This document shows positions 1 to 9,776 of a stretch of DNA of 40,522 nucleotides, in pieces. The notes below the pieces were generated by a model that did no database searches, was not told the DNA's origin, and saw nothing but the letters and a program-made list of their open reading frames with translations. Both the position numbers and the translations under genes were made by a program. Source of the DNA: Bacteroidales bacterium (GTDB lineage: Bacteria > Bacteroidota > Bacteroidia > Bacteroidales > UBA7960). Position 1 is the first letter of the stretch, and each line of letters opens with the position of its first letter. The DNA lies in NCBI GenBank assembly GCA_007132585.1, contig SLOJ01000220.1:1-40522 (forward strand), given 5' to 3'.

Positions 1-25
1 ATAAAACAGAAGGGCAAAAATAAGA

Positions 26-60
26 AATCCCGGAAACATTATTTATGTTGATCCGGGATT
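26..60 (-). terminator. Intrinsic terminator of dnaA
   Basis: Hairpin AATCCCGGA-AACAT...ATGTT-GA-TCCGGGATT, followed on the minus strand by TCTTATTTTT, about 25 nt after the dnaA stop. Confidence 0.75.
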
Positions 61-83
61 AACTTTTCAAATAATTAAATTAC

Positions 84-1529
84 TTACATTTTAATCTTGA
101 TCATATTATCAAGTTCATCAAAATGTTTTTTAAAAGTACGATCAGTATCATAAAGATTTCTGACCGTTTTACAGGCATGTAAAACGGTTGCATGATCTTT
201 TTTACCCAGTTTGCTGCCAATGGCTGCCAGAGAATTCTTCGTGTAAGATTTAGAAAAAAACATGGCAAGTTGACGAGCCTGAACAATTTCTCTCTTTCGG
301 GTATTTGAGTTGATCTTTTCAATGGGAATATCGAAATACTCACCCACAACTTTCTGGATATATTCAATGGTAATCTCTCTGGGAGTGCTTTTTACAAACT
401 TTTGAATAATATTATTGGCCAGCTCCAGCGTTATTTCTTTTTTGTTCATGGATGATTGTGCAAGAATAGAAATAAGTGCACCTTCCATTTCCCTGATATT
501 GGATGAAATACTATTGGCTATTAATTCAACAACATTTTGTGGCATCTCAACGCCATCATTGTAGAGTTTCTTTTTCAGTATTGCAATTCTTGTTTCCAGG
601 TCAGGAACCTGAAGATCGGCCGATAAACCCCACTTAAATCTTGAAAGCAAACGTGGCTCAATTCCCTTCATTTCAACCGGGGGCTGATCAGAAGTAATAA
701 TAATTTGCTTTCCACTTTGATGTAGTTGATTGAAAATGTGGAAAAATACATCCTGTGTTTTGGGTTTTCCGGCAAGGGAGTGAATATCATCAACAATCAA
801 AACATCAATCATTTGATAAAAATGAATAAAATCATTTTGATTTGAGTTTTTCACCGCATCTATAAACTGATTGGTAAATTGTTCACATGATACATACAAA
901 ACCGTTTTATCGGAAAAATTATTTTTCACTTCAATGCCTATTGCATGTGCCAGGTGCGTTTTACCCAGTCCATTGGCACTGTAGAGCAATAAAGGGTTAA
1001 AGGCTGTTTTTCCCGGATTTTTTCCCACGGCAATACCTGCACTTCTTGCCAGGCGGTTGCAATCTCCCTGGATAAAGTTATCAAAATTGTAGCTTTCAAT
1101 AAGTTGCGGGTGAATATTGAGCTTTTTTAGTCCGGGGATAATGAAGGGATTAGGAACGGCCTTACCACTTTCTTTGTTTAAATCTAATGGCATAGTTACC
1201 GGGGGATTTTTCAGAGCTTTCTTATTCAAAGTAGGAGCATTTACCGTATATGGCCTGGAATGATTACTATGATTGCTGTCCATTATAATACTGTATTCCA
1301 ACCTGCCGTCACTGCCAAGTTCTTTTTTGATGGTTTTTTTGAGAAGCTCAATGTAATGCTCCTCAAGCCACTCATAAAAAAACTGGCTTGGAACCTGAAT
1401 TGTCAAAACTTTGTTGATAAGCCTGACAGGTTTAATGGGTACAAACCAGGTATTATAACTGTTTAGAGTAATATTGTCCTTTATAACACTAAGACATTTT
1501 GACCATACATCCAGGTGATTGCTCTCCAT
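84..1529 (-). CDS. dnaA: Chromosomal replication initiator DnaA
   Basis: N-terminal 'SYNTWF' domain I, AAA+ Walker A 'GLGKTHL', 'DVLIVDDI', 'RLLSRFKWGL', C-terminal 'KDHATVLHAC' DNA-binding helix. Confidence 0.98.
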   Translation of the reverse strand: MESNHLDVWSKCLSVIKDNITLNSYNTWFVPIKPVRLINKVLTIQVPSQFFYEWLEEHYIELLKKTIKKELGSDGRLEYSIIMDSNHSNHSRPYTVNAPTLNKKALKNPPVTMPLDLNKESGKAVPNPFIIPGLKKLNIHPQLIESYNFDNFIQGDCNRLARSAGIAVGKNPGKTAFNPLLLYSANGLGKTHLAHAIGIEVKNNFSDKTVLYVSCEQFTNQFIDAVKNSNQNDFIHFYQMIDVLIVDDIHSLAGKPKTQDVFFHIFNQLHQSGKQIIITSDQPPVEMKGIEPRLLSRFKWGLSADLQVPDLETRIAILKKKLYNDGVEMPQNVVELIANSISSNIREMEGALISILAQSSMNKKEITLELANNIIQKFVKSTPREITIEYIQKVVGEYFDIPIEKINSNTRKREIVQARQLAMFFSKSYTKNSLAAIGSKLGKKDHATVLHACKTVRNLYDTDRTFKKHFDELDNMIKIKM

Positions 1530-1669
1530 TTCTTCTAAAAATTTCTCAGAATTATATTAATTTTCTACAAATATTTTCCTTACTATTTGAAATTCAATAA
1601 TTAAGACAAAAAAGGATTTCCCCAATACTTTTTAACAAAAATTCAAAAAAAAAAGTTAATAAAAAAATT

Positions 1670-2611
1670 TTAAAGGTATTGATTTTCTAAAACTTTTGTT
1701 GTATTTGATTCGACGAAAATTTCTCCCGAATTTTTCTTAAAGTACAGATCCATGCGGCCTAATCTCACTCCTGCATATCCGGTTTGTCCGATGTGGACAA
1801 TTTTACCGGATGTGTTTTCTATTTGAGCCGGTGGATCTAATAATGTATGGGTATGTCCGCCTATTATTATATCTGTATATCTTGTTTTTTCAGCTATTAT
1901 CACATCACTAACCTTTCCTGTATTATATTTATAGCCCAGGTGAGACAGACAAATTACCAGATCGCAAGCCATATCTTCCTTGAGCAGCATTTCCATTCTG
2001 CGGGCAACTCTTACAGGATCAGTGTAAGTTGTGTTTCCATATAGATTTCTTCCTACCAAACCTTCCAGTTCAATTCCTAAACCATATACTCCTATTTTAA
2101 GGTTGCCTTTCTGAAAAATACGATACGTTTCTATCTTTCCATTAAGGATAGTTTGTGAAAAGTCATAATTGGAACTGATAAAAGGAAATCCTGCAAAGGG
2201 TAATACTTCATTAAGTCCATCCAGACCATTATCAAATTCATGATTCCCAATAGTTGATGCATCGTATCCCATTTTTGTCATAAGTCGTAATTCAGGTTCG
2301 CCTCCATAAATATTATAATAAGGCGTGCCCTGAAAAATATCACCTGCGTCAAGTAATAAGAGATGATTAACCTGATTTCTGATCTGCTGAATAAGTGCTG
2401 CCCTTCGTGCATAACCACCCATTAACGGAAAATTAGGATCATTGGCAGGGTAGGGATCAATACGGCTATGAGTATCGTTGGTATGCAGTATACAAAGGTG
2501 CTCAATTTCATTGTTACCCATAAGATGGAAAGGAATACCTGCACCCAATGCCACACTTCCTATTAAAGATGTTCTGACAAAATTTCGTCTGTTGATTTTA
2601 TTCAGGGTCAT
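1670..2611 (-). CDS. 5'-nucleotidase metallophosphoesterase subunit, Tat-exported
   Basis: 'NRRNFV' Tat motif; 'ILHTNDTHS', 'DAGD', 'GNHEFD', 'SHLG', 'GGHTH' calcineurin-like motifs. Confidence 0.92.
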   Translation of the reverse strand: MTLNKINRRNFVRTSLIGSVALGAGIPFHLMGNNEIEHLCILHTNDTHSRIDPYPANDPNFPLMGGYARRAALIQQIRNQVNHLLLLDAGDIFQGTPYYNIYGGEPELRLMTKMGYDASTIGNHEFDNGLDGLNEVLPFAGFPFISSNYDFSQTILNGKIETYRIFQKGNLKIGVYGLGIELEGLVGRNLYGNTTYTDPVRVARRMEMLLKEDMACDLVICLSHLGYKYNTGKVSDVIIAEKTRYTDIIIGGHTHTLLDPPAQIENTSGKIVHIGQTGYAGVRLGRMDLYFKKNSGEIFVESNTTKVLENQYL

Positions 2612-2702
2612 AGTTTTTTCTCCTTTCCAAAAAAGGAATAAGATTTTTTAAAAAAAAATTATATTATCAATAGCTGTCCGGCTATAAAAAAATTCTATTT
2701 TA

Positions 2703-3479
2703 TCAATTAATTAGAGTTATCCTGCCATCGAGTTCTGCCCGAATTTTTTCTCCTCTGTCATCAACTTGTTGCATATGCATAATAATAGCATCTCTTACAC
2801 GTATGCCGAGTAATTCATAATTTATTGGCTGTAGGAAAAAATTCATTAAATCTCCACCTCCTGCAAGGTAATCAGACGTTAAAACTTTATACGATCTGTT
2901 GATATCAAATTCTTCTTCTTGTATAAGCATCTCATAAGGCTCATCATCCTTTATGGTTAATCTTATACCGGATACCGGCATACCCCTCTCGGCTGCTGCA
3001 AGATATTCAAACAGCTGTCGTGTTTTTTGTCCGCTGATTGTAACAACAACCATTTCATTTTCAAATGGTAAAAGTTCAAATACTCGTTCATAGGTTATTT
3101 CTCCTTTGGGTAGCGGCACTCTGAGTCCACCATAGTTAAGCAGACAAAAGTCAATAGCTTTATCATCATCGGGTTGGTATAAATCCTTGCCTATATCAAA
3201 AACGAGATCTGCAACAAAATTATTAAGCAGGCCTTCAGGAGTTCCCCGCTCCATAACCTGGGCCGATTGAACAAGCACCCGGCTCATGTCAGCCTCAAGA
3301 GTTTCGCGGTATTCCCGGATTATTTTCTCCTGCTCAGTATCTTTTTCCGGAACATTAATGCTATCAAGCAATATCAATTCACCCTTAAGAGTGTATTGTT
3401 TCTGGTCAGTACCTCTGCAAGAAGCTAAAACTATTAGCCCCCATAGCAACAGCCACAGGGAAATCCGGGCATTAAGCAT
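2703..3479 (-). CDS. 5'-nucleotidase C-terminal (substrate-binding) domain lipoprotein
   Basis: Lipobox 'LASC'; 'NYGGLR', 'LLPFEN', 'TSDYLAGGGD' motifs; adjacent to the metallophosphoesterase half. Confidence 0.92.
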   Translation of the reverse strand: MLNARISLWLLLWGLIVLASCRGTDQKQYTLKGELILLDSINVPEKDTEQEKIIREYRETLEADMSRVLVQSAQVMERGTPEGLLNNFVADLVFDIGKDLYQPDDDKAIDFCLLNYGGLRVPLPKGEITYERVFELLPFENEMVVVTISGQKTRQLFEYLAAAERGMPVSGIRLTIKDDEPYEMLIQEEEFDINRSYKVLTSDYLAGGGDLMNFFLQPINYELLGIRVRDAIIMHMQQVDDRGEKIRAELDGRITLIN

Positions 3480-3718
3480 TTTTAAATTATTTTATTGAGA
3501 AGTTTAACTACAATGATAATACTAATTGAAATAAAAAACAACCTAAATTAACCAGATGATATAATTTAAAATTAATATACAGAAGCGTGTTTAAAAAAGT
3601 TGTCGCACAGATAAATTATGCTTATAATCAATAAGTTAAACGAAGATGAGCTAACATGTTACAAATCAGGCAGAATAGTGTAACTGATAAAAATTCAATG
3701 AGTTGTACGGGTTGATAT

Positions 3719-4330
3719 CTATAATGTATATTTATATGATATTGTTACGCCATAAATAGATTCGAAGATCTTTTTTACCTCATCTGCTTTATTTCGCCTT
3801 ACTTCAAAACTTAATTTACAACTCATTGCAAAATCATGTGAAATCTGGTTCAGACCGTAATCTTTAAGAACCTTCATGACCTGGTTCATCATGGGATATT
3901 CAAAATGAAGTTCATATACTTCTCTGATAAGCATTTCAAGGATGGTATTATTTTGTAAGGCATCTGCAGCAGCGGCTTTATATGCATTTATTAATCCACG
4001 CACTCCCAGTTTTGTTCCTCCAAAATACCTGACAACCACAATCAATACATTTGTAATATCATGAGATAGTATCTGCCCATAAATTGGTTTGCCTGCAGTA
4101 CCCGAAGGTTCACCATCATCGTTTATCCGGTAGGCATCGCGTGTAGGTCCCTGAGCCCATGCATAACAATGATGACGGGCATCATAATGTTTCTTTTTTA
4201 ATTCATCCAGAAAAAGTTTTATTTCTTCTTCGTTTTTTACCGGAAACACATAGGAAATGAACTTACTGCCTTTATCTTTATAAAGCCCTTCGCTTTTATA
4301 TTTCACAGTTCTGTAGGAATCGCTGAACAT
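3719..4330 (-). CDS. yigZ: YigZ/IMPACT family protein
   Basis: 'KGSKF', 'ARHHCYA', 'DDGEPSGTAGKPI', 'VVRYFGGTKLG' signature. Confidence 0.95.
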   Translation of the reverse strand: MFSDSYRTVKYKSEGLYKDKGSKFISYVFPVKNEEEIKLFLDELKKKHYDARHHCYAWAQGPTRDAYRINDDGEPSGTAGKPIYGQILSHDITNVLIVVVRYFGGTKLGVRGLINAYKAAAADALQNNTILEMLIREVYELHFEYPMMNQVMKVLKDYGLNQISHDFAMSCKLSFEVRRNKADEVKKIFESIYGVTISYKYTL

Positions 4331-4352
4331 AATTTTTTACTTTAAGTAGTTT

Positions 4353-5210
4353 TCAGGCAAAGGCAATGAATAATATGGTTAAGATTGCCAGGACAATTCC
4401 AAGCCAGTTTTTCCACCAAAGCTTCTCCTTGAAAATTACTAATCCGATAAGAGCTCCCATACTAACTATGCTTACATTAAATACAGGGAAAAATACACTG
4501 CTCTCAAAAACTGAAAGACCTTTCAGGAAAAAATAGGTTGAACTGAAATTAAAAAATCCTAGTAAAAACCCGGCAAGTAAATTACGTACCTCTAATCTGC
4601 GGCGGGTAATGTAAAGTTTCCTGATAAAAAAGGCAAACCCTATTATCAAAGAGAAAGTAAAGATTACGCCCAGAAACAATAAAAACTCCGCTTCAATATG
4701 AAATTTTTGCGCATGTTTCATTATGCTGTCATTACTTCCTGTACCCAGAAATAATATTAAAGGAAGAAAAATATACCTTTTATCCGGCTCTATGGGCTTG
4801 TCAGGTTTCTTGAATATCAGATAAAATGCCGGAAATGCGGTTATAATACCTGCAATTTTTAAAAAACTGATATGGTCACCGTAAATAAAGAACCCTATAG
4901 CAACAGGTATTATAACAGACATTTTGCTTGCTACAGCTGTAACAGCAACACCGGCTTTTTGAGCAGACTGGGCAAATATGAAAAATACCAGGATAAAAAG
5001 TACTCCGTTAATCATTGACCATGGAAACCATGGTTTAAGGTATAATTCAGAAAAAATTATTTCCTCTTCCCATATGAAAAAGCATAACAGGGCTGCAATC
5101 AGATAATTAGCAGTAATAGCCTGCAGGTTATCAATCTTTAATATGCTGAAAAGTCTGAATGTAACAATGATACACGAAGAAAAAAAAATGGCAAGTAGCA
5201 GGTATTGCAT
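4353..5210 (-). CDS. EamA/DMT family membrane transporter
   Basis: About 10 hydrophobic segments in two repeats, ending 'IFKEKL...GIVLAI'. Confidence 0.85.
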   Translation of the reverse strand: MQYLLLAIFFSSCIIVTFRLFSILKIDNLQAITANYLIAALLCFFIWEEEIIFSELYLKPWFPWSMINGVLFILVFFIFAQSAQKAGVAVTAVASKMSVIIPVAIGFFIYGDHISFLKIAGIITAFPAFYLIFKKPDKPIEPDKRYIFLPLILFLGTGSNDSIMKHAQKFHIEAEFLLFLGVIFTFSLIIGFAFFIRKLYITRRRLEVRNLLAGFLLGFFNFSSTYFFLKGLSVFESSVFFPVFNVSIVSMGALIGLVIFKEKLWWKNWLGIVLAILTILFIAFA

Positions 5211-5221
5211 GCTTCAGATTT

Positions 5222-6280
5222 TTACCATGAATTTTCAGGATTTTTAAAAAAATACAGAATTTCATTTCCTATCAAAGACATGTCGAAATTATCGTGAGGC
5301 AATGATGGTGCTCTCAAACCTTTGATAAAAAACTTATTTCCCTGGAATACCCTTGCTTCATCCCATAAATCTCGGGAAATAAAAGCTTGCAGAAGTTTCT
5401 GACCGCCCTCGATAATCACTGACTGAATGTCCTTTTCTGCCAATATTTTCAATATATTATCAAGAAATGCTTCTTCGGCAAAATCTGTTTGAATCCATTG
5501 TGTATTTTCTCTTGAAAAGTTTTTATTGTTATTGAAAACAATGGTTTTCTGGCTATTGTCGAAAAGGCTCAGCGAATCGGATAATGTGAGATTTTCGTCT
5601 AAAACGATACGCAAGGGTTGTTTTCCGCTCCAGTCTCTTACATTCAGCTTTGGATTGTCTTTGAGGGCAGTAATTGTTCCTACCATAATTGCCTGTTCTT
5701 CGGTTCTCCACTTATGAACCAGCATTCTTAATTTTTCGGAGGTAATCCAGGTGGGTCGGGCAGGGGTTCCGGGTAAACGTTCAATGTCAATAAGTGCATC
5801 TGCTGTTTGAGCCCATTTTAAAATTATATATGGTCTCTTTTTTTTATGAAATGTAAAGAAGCGTTTGTTGAGTAACATTGCCTGCTGGCGCAAAATACCT
5901 ACATCAACTTTCACTCCATGATTTCTGAGTATCGATATACCATTTCCGGCAACAGCATCATAAGGATCAATACTGGCAACTACCACATGAGGTATTTTGG
6001 TTTTAATAATTAAATCGGTACATGGTGGAGTTTTCCCCCAGTGACAACAAGGTTCAAGGCTAACATAGAGAGTTGATTTTTTGAGCAGATCTTTTTCCTT
6101 TACAGAGTTTATTGCGTTTACCTCGGCATGCGCTTTTCCATATTCCCTGTGATAGCCTTCTCCTATAATTCTGTCATTGTAAACTATAACACTACCAACC
6201 ATCGGGTTTGGTGCTGTCTTTCCCAAACCCTCTCTTGCCAGCTCAATGCAACGCTGCATGTAGAGTTCTTGTTGTATCAT
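5222..6280 (-). CDS. ribD: Riboflavin biosynthesis deaminase/reductase RibD
   Basis: 'PNPMVG', 'HAEVNA', 'LEPCCHWGKTPPC', 'IEGG' motifs. Confidence 0.97.
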   Translation of the reverse strand: MIQQELYMQRCIELAREGLGKTAPNPMVGSVIVYNDRIIGEGYHREYGKAHAEVNAINSVKEKDLLKKSTLYVSLEPCCHWGKTPPCTDLIIKTKIPHVVVASIDPYDAVAGNGISILRNHGVKVDVGILRQQAMLLNKRFFTFHKKKRPYIILKWAQTADALIDIERLPGTPARPTWITSEKLRMLVHKWRTEEQAIMVGTITALKDNPKLNVRDWSGKQPLRIVLDENLTLSDSLSLFDNSQKTIVFNNNKNFSRENTQWIQTDFAEEAFLDNILKILAEKDIQSVIIEGGQKLLQAFISRDLWDEARVFQGNKFFIKGLRAPSLPHDNFDMSLIGNEILYFFKNPENSW

Positions 6281-6312
6281 ATATAAAAAAAGCCTTTCAG
6301 GAAATAAAAGGC

Positions 6313-6320
6313 CAAAATTA
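6313..6320 (-). promoter_or_regulatory. Candidate Bacteroidota -7 promoter element for ribD-eamA-yigZ
   Basis: TAATTTTG on the minus strand, 33 nt upstream of the ribD start; matches TAnnTTTG. Confidence 0.5.
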
Positions 6321-6359
6321 CGATTTTATGAGGATAACAGATTAATAGTATTCTTTTTT

Positions 6360-9300
6360 TCAGTTGGTATGGATATTTACCGAATTGTTCCTGATATAGT
6401 CTTTTTGAATTTCTCTCAAAACTCTTACAATTTTTCTTGATTCATCATCCAGTTCACTACAAAGTGCTTCGAGCTTGTCAATATTGTTTTGCGAACGTGT
6501 AAGAAGCTGTATTTGGGTAATCAAATCCGATACTTCATTGAATCCAAGATAGCTGAAAGCTGGCTTTATTTTGTGTACCAGTTTGTTTAAAGTTGTAAGA
6601 TCTTTTTCGTAATAGGCCTCATTGACAGCAATCATTGCCCTGGGAATATCTTTAAGAAACCTGGATATGAGTGCCAGCGTACTTTCAAGATCGTCATCAA
6701 AAATAGAGGCAAGGGCATCCTTAATATGCTTCTTTACACTTTCGCTGTCATCTGCTATAATTTGCTCTTGCTTTATTTCATCGGCCTTTTTCTCAACAAA
6801 TTCAGTTTTCTGATTAATAACTGCACGGTTGATTTTATCAAACATTGTTTCCTGGTCGCTGGGCTTGGTAATATAATCATTCATACCAGCATCTAAAACC
6901 TTTTGCCTGGTTTCGGGAGTAACATCGGCAGTTAAAGCTATAATTGGTACATTATGGTTTGCCACACCGGTATTTTTATCACGAATTTTCTGTGCAGTTT
7001 CATAGCCGTCGAGTTCAGGCATGTGCAGATCCATAAGTACCAGATTGAAATTATCCTTTTTAAGCATTTCTATTGCCTGTAAACCATTATCAGCAACTTC
7101 CAGCTCAGCAAGCCATTTTTTCAGGAGCTTGGTAATTACATATTGATTCATCGTATCATCTTCTACCAGCAAAATCTTTACTCCTTTAAGGTTCTTTAAC
7201 CTGCCACCTGGTTTTCCCAATTCCTGAATATTAGGCTTTTCGCTTATTTTAAAGGGCAGATCAACCCAAAATGTAGAGCCCATGTCTTCTATGCTTTTTA
7301 CCCCTATTTCGCCGTTCAGCAGTTCGGTAAGCTTTTTACAAATGGCCAATCCCAGGCCTGTGCCACCAAACTTTCTTGCGGTATCTTTGGTGGCTTGTGT
7401 GTAAGATTCAAAAATACCCGAGAGTTGATCTTCCGGTATACCTTTACCGGTATCTGATACCGAAAATCTTATATTTACCTTATCATCATGCATGTTTATT
7501 ACTTTAACATCTATGCTTACATGCCCTTCACTGGTAAATTTTACCGCATTACTTAGTAAGTTTAAAAGTATTTGTCTTAATCTTGCAGGATCGCCCTTCA
7601 GAACTTTAGGTGCAGCAGGATCAATGTTTACATTCAGGTCTATTGCCTTTTCTCTGGCCTTAAAATCAAATGATTTACTTGATTCTTTCACCAGAGAAAT
7701 AACGTCAAAGTCGGTTTCTTCGAATTCAATCTTGCCCGCCTCGATCTTTGAAAAGTCAAGTACTTCATTGATTACTTCAAGTAAATGATCGGAAGAAAAC
7801 TTTATGGATCTCATATTATCGAGCAATTCTGACGAAAGATTGTTTTCATCGATAATCAGTTCTGCGAGCCCGATTATATTATTCAGGGGAGTACGTATTT
7901 CGTGACTCAGGTTGCTTATAAAAAAGCTTTTTACGCTGGTAGCTTCTTCGGCTGTTTCCTTTGCCTTCTGTAATTCACTTTCAATTTTCTTACTGTGGCT
8001 AATATCAAAAACAATTGAATATTTTATGTTTTTTCCTTTTAATCTTGCTTCACTTTCATATACTTCAACAGCTCTGGTTGTGTCATCACTAAGCTTATGG
8101 GTAAAATAGTAATATGCTCTGTCATCATTTTCAGCTGTTTTCATTTCTTTCTGGATCTCTTCTTCTGTCATTGCAAGTATATCACTCATATTTTTACCCA
8201 GAAGCGCATCCTTATCCCACCCATAATAATCAACCGAAGCTTCATTGGCATCCAGAATGTCACCCGTTTCAGCGTCCGATATTAAAATTACCGTTTTACT
8301 TTTTGCAAAAAGATTTTTAAATTTTATTTCATTTTCGCGCAACAGAATCTCGGCTTCTTTTCTTTCATTTACATCAGCATGGGTGCCAATGATACGCCAT
8401 GCATTATCGTTTGAATCCAGGATAAGGGTAAAAGAAGCCAGTATCCATTTATAGAAACCATCTTTACATTTCATCCTGTATTCTGTTTGAAAAGATGGAA
8501 AATTACCTGTTTCCAGGTTTTCGAGAATTCGCACAACTTTGGCTTTATCATCAGGATGAATAAGATCGGTCCATGATTCTTTAGTGTTTTTAATATCGGT
8601 TTCCTTATATCCCAGCATTTCTTTCCATTGCAATGACAAGTAAAGAGTTTCATCTTTAAGATCATAATCAAAGATGCCCTGTCCGGTAACAGCAATAATG
8701 TTTGCCAGTCTTTCGTGCGATTCGGAAAGTTCGTTGCTTTTATGTTTCTTTTCGGTTATATCTATTGCCGTGACAATAACAGCTGTTTTACCTTCTGCTT
8801 GTATACTTCTTGCTGAAAAATCAACCCATTTGCTTTCCTGGTGGCGTGTAACAATCTTCAAGTCGTTACGAAATGAATCCTTATTCTGATCTGTTATCAG
8901 ATCATCATTATTAAAAGTTTGCAAACTATCAGGATGCAGTATTTGAAAAACTTCCATTTTAAGAAGTTCCTTACGGTGATATCCGGTAAGAATTTCAAAA
9001 GAAGGATTAACATAAATGATCCTGTAATTTTGAAACACCATAATTGGCGAAGGGGAGGATTCAATGAGCCTTAAAAGCTTTTCATGATTGATGTGCGTTT
9101 TTTTTGATTTCTGAAGTGTCCTAATCCAAAAAAATGTTATAACAATTTGTACAACGATCAGTAAACCGACAAAAAATATGAAGTTTCCGTAATAGAAAGG
9201 CAGGTTTAAATCAGCAAGCAATTTAAATTCCGTAAGTAATGAATTGGTTTTCTGCAGAAAGTTTGTTAACGTAGTAAACCCATACATAACAGTTTCAACA

Positions 9301-9467
9301 GCAGAAATAGAGCTATTTACTGCTGAGCCTGATTGTTGAATCTCGCTGGTTACGCCTGAAATTTCTCCGGGGGAGGCAGAGGCAATGCCAGACTTAAGGT
9401 ATAAACCCAGATTAAAAACCAGAAACAGAGAAAAGATTGTAAAATTTAATGAAGGTAATCTTTTCAC
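6360..9467 (-). CDS. Membrane-anchored hybrid sensor kinase (TM, 3xPAS, HisKA, HATPase, REC, Hpt; ArcB/BarA-like layout)
   Basis: PAS motifs 'YVNPSF', 'IHPDD', 'DANEAS'; H-box 'SHEIRTPL'; 'NLLSNAVKFT', 'DTGKGI', 'GGTGLGL'; REC 'LLVEDD...LMDLHMP...KP'; Hpt 'VHKIKP'. The GTG start is uncertain. Confidence 0.93.
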   Translation of the reverse strand: MKRLPSLNFTIFSLFLVFNLGLYLKSGIASASPGEISGVTSEIQQSGSAVNSSISAVETVMYGFTTLTNFLQKTNSLLTEFKLLADLNLPFYYGNFIFFVGLLIVVQIVITFFWIRTLQKSKKTHINHEKLLRLIESSPSPIMVFQNYRIIYVNPSFEILTGYHRKELLKMEVFQILHPDSLQTFNNDDLITDQNKDSFRNDLKIVTRHQESKWVDFSARSIQAEGKTAVIVTAIDITEKKHKSNELSESHERLANIIAVTGQGIFDYDLKDETLYLSLQWKEMLGYKETDIKNTKESWTDLIHPDDKAKVVRILENLETGNFPSFQTEYRMKCKDGFYKWILASFTLILDSNDNAWRIIGTHADVNERKEAEILLRENEIKFKNLFAKSKTVILISDAETGDILDANEASVDYYGWDKDALLGKNMSDILAMTEEEIQKEMKTAENDDRAYYYFTHKLSDDTTRAVEVYESEARLKGKNIKYSIVFDISHSKKIESELQKAKETAEEATSVKSFFISNLSHEIRTPLNNIIGLAELIIDENNLSSELLDNMRSIKFSSDHLLEVINEVLDFSKIEAGKIEFEETDFDVISLVKESSKSFDFKAREKAIDLNVNIDPAAPKVLKGDPARLRQILLNLLSNAVKFTSEGHVSIDVKVINMHDDKVNIRFSVSDTGKGIPEDQLSGIFESYTQATKDTARKFGGTGLGLAICKKLTELLNGEIGVKSIEDMGSTFWVDLPFKISEKPNIQELGKPGGRLKNLKGVKILLVEDDTMNQYVITKLLKKWLAELEVADNGLQAIEMLKKDNFNLVLMDLHMPELDGYETAQKIRDKNTGVANHNVPIIALTADVTPETRQKVLDAGMNDYITKPSDQETMFDKINRAVINQKTEFVEKKADEIKQEQIIADDSESVKKHIKDALASIFDDDLESTLALISRFLKDIPRAMIAVNEAYYEKDLTTLNKLVHKIKPAFSYLGFNEVSDLITQIQLLTRSQNNIDKLEALCSELDDESRKIVRVLREIQKDYIRNNSVNIHTN

Positions 9468-9560
9468 CTTTTCTTTTTTTTATGTCTCCGAACTTACAAA
9501 AAAAATCTGTATAATTCGGAATAATGTTGTCGGATAAATAAATTTGTTCTATGAACGAAG

Positions 9561-9568
9561 CAAATATA
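9561..9568 (-). promoter_or_regulatory. Candidate -7 element for the PAS hybrid kinase
   Basis: TATATTTG(C) on the minus strand, about 95 nt upstream of the start. Confidence 0.45.
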
Positions 9569-9776
9569 GTAACAAAATATTACTATTCAAAGAAGAATCT
9601 GTCCTATAGGTAGTATTAAATTGTGGTTTAACCAACAATTCATTGCTATATAGCTAACCTTCAAATAAATACAGTGTCTGTTTTTGTTAAAATCTTTACT
9701 GACAATTGTTTATTTATATTAAGACTGATTATAAATAGGGATGTCAATGCGGTTTTAGGAAGAAAGATTACAGCAA

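Noticed and set aside
1530-1669. oriC next to dnaA
   Set aside because: AT-rich, but I found no TTATCCACA-type DnaA boxes on either side of dnaA. dnaA unlinked from dnaN and oriC is common in Bacteroidota.
1670-3479. Split 5'-nucleotidase as a frameshifted gene
   Set aside because: Each half has its own export signal and the domain order is reversed; the two-gene form is normal in Bacteroidota.
6281-6359. FMN riboswitch upstream of ribD
   Set aside because: The gap is only 79 nt and has no RFN consensus.
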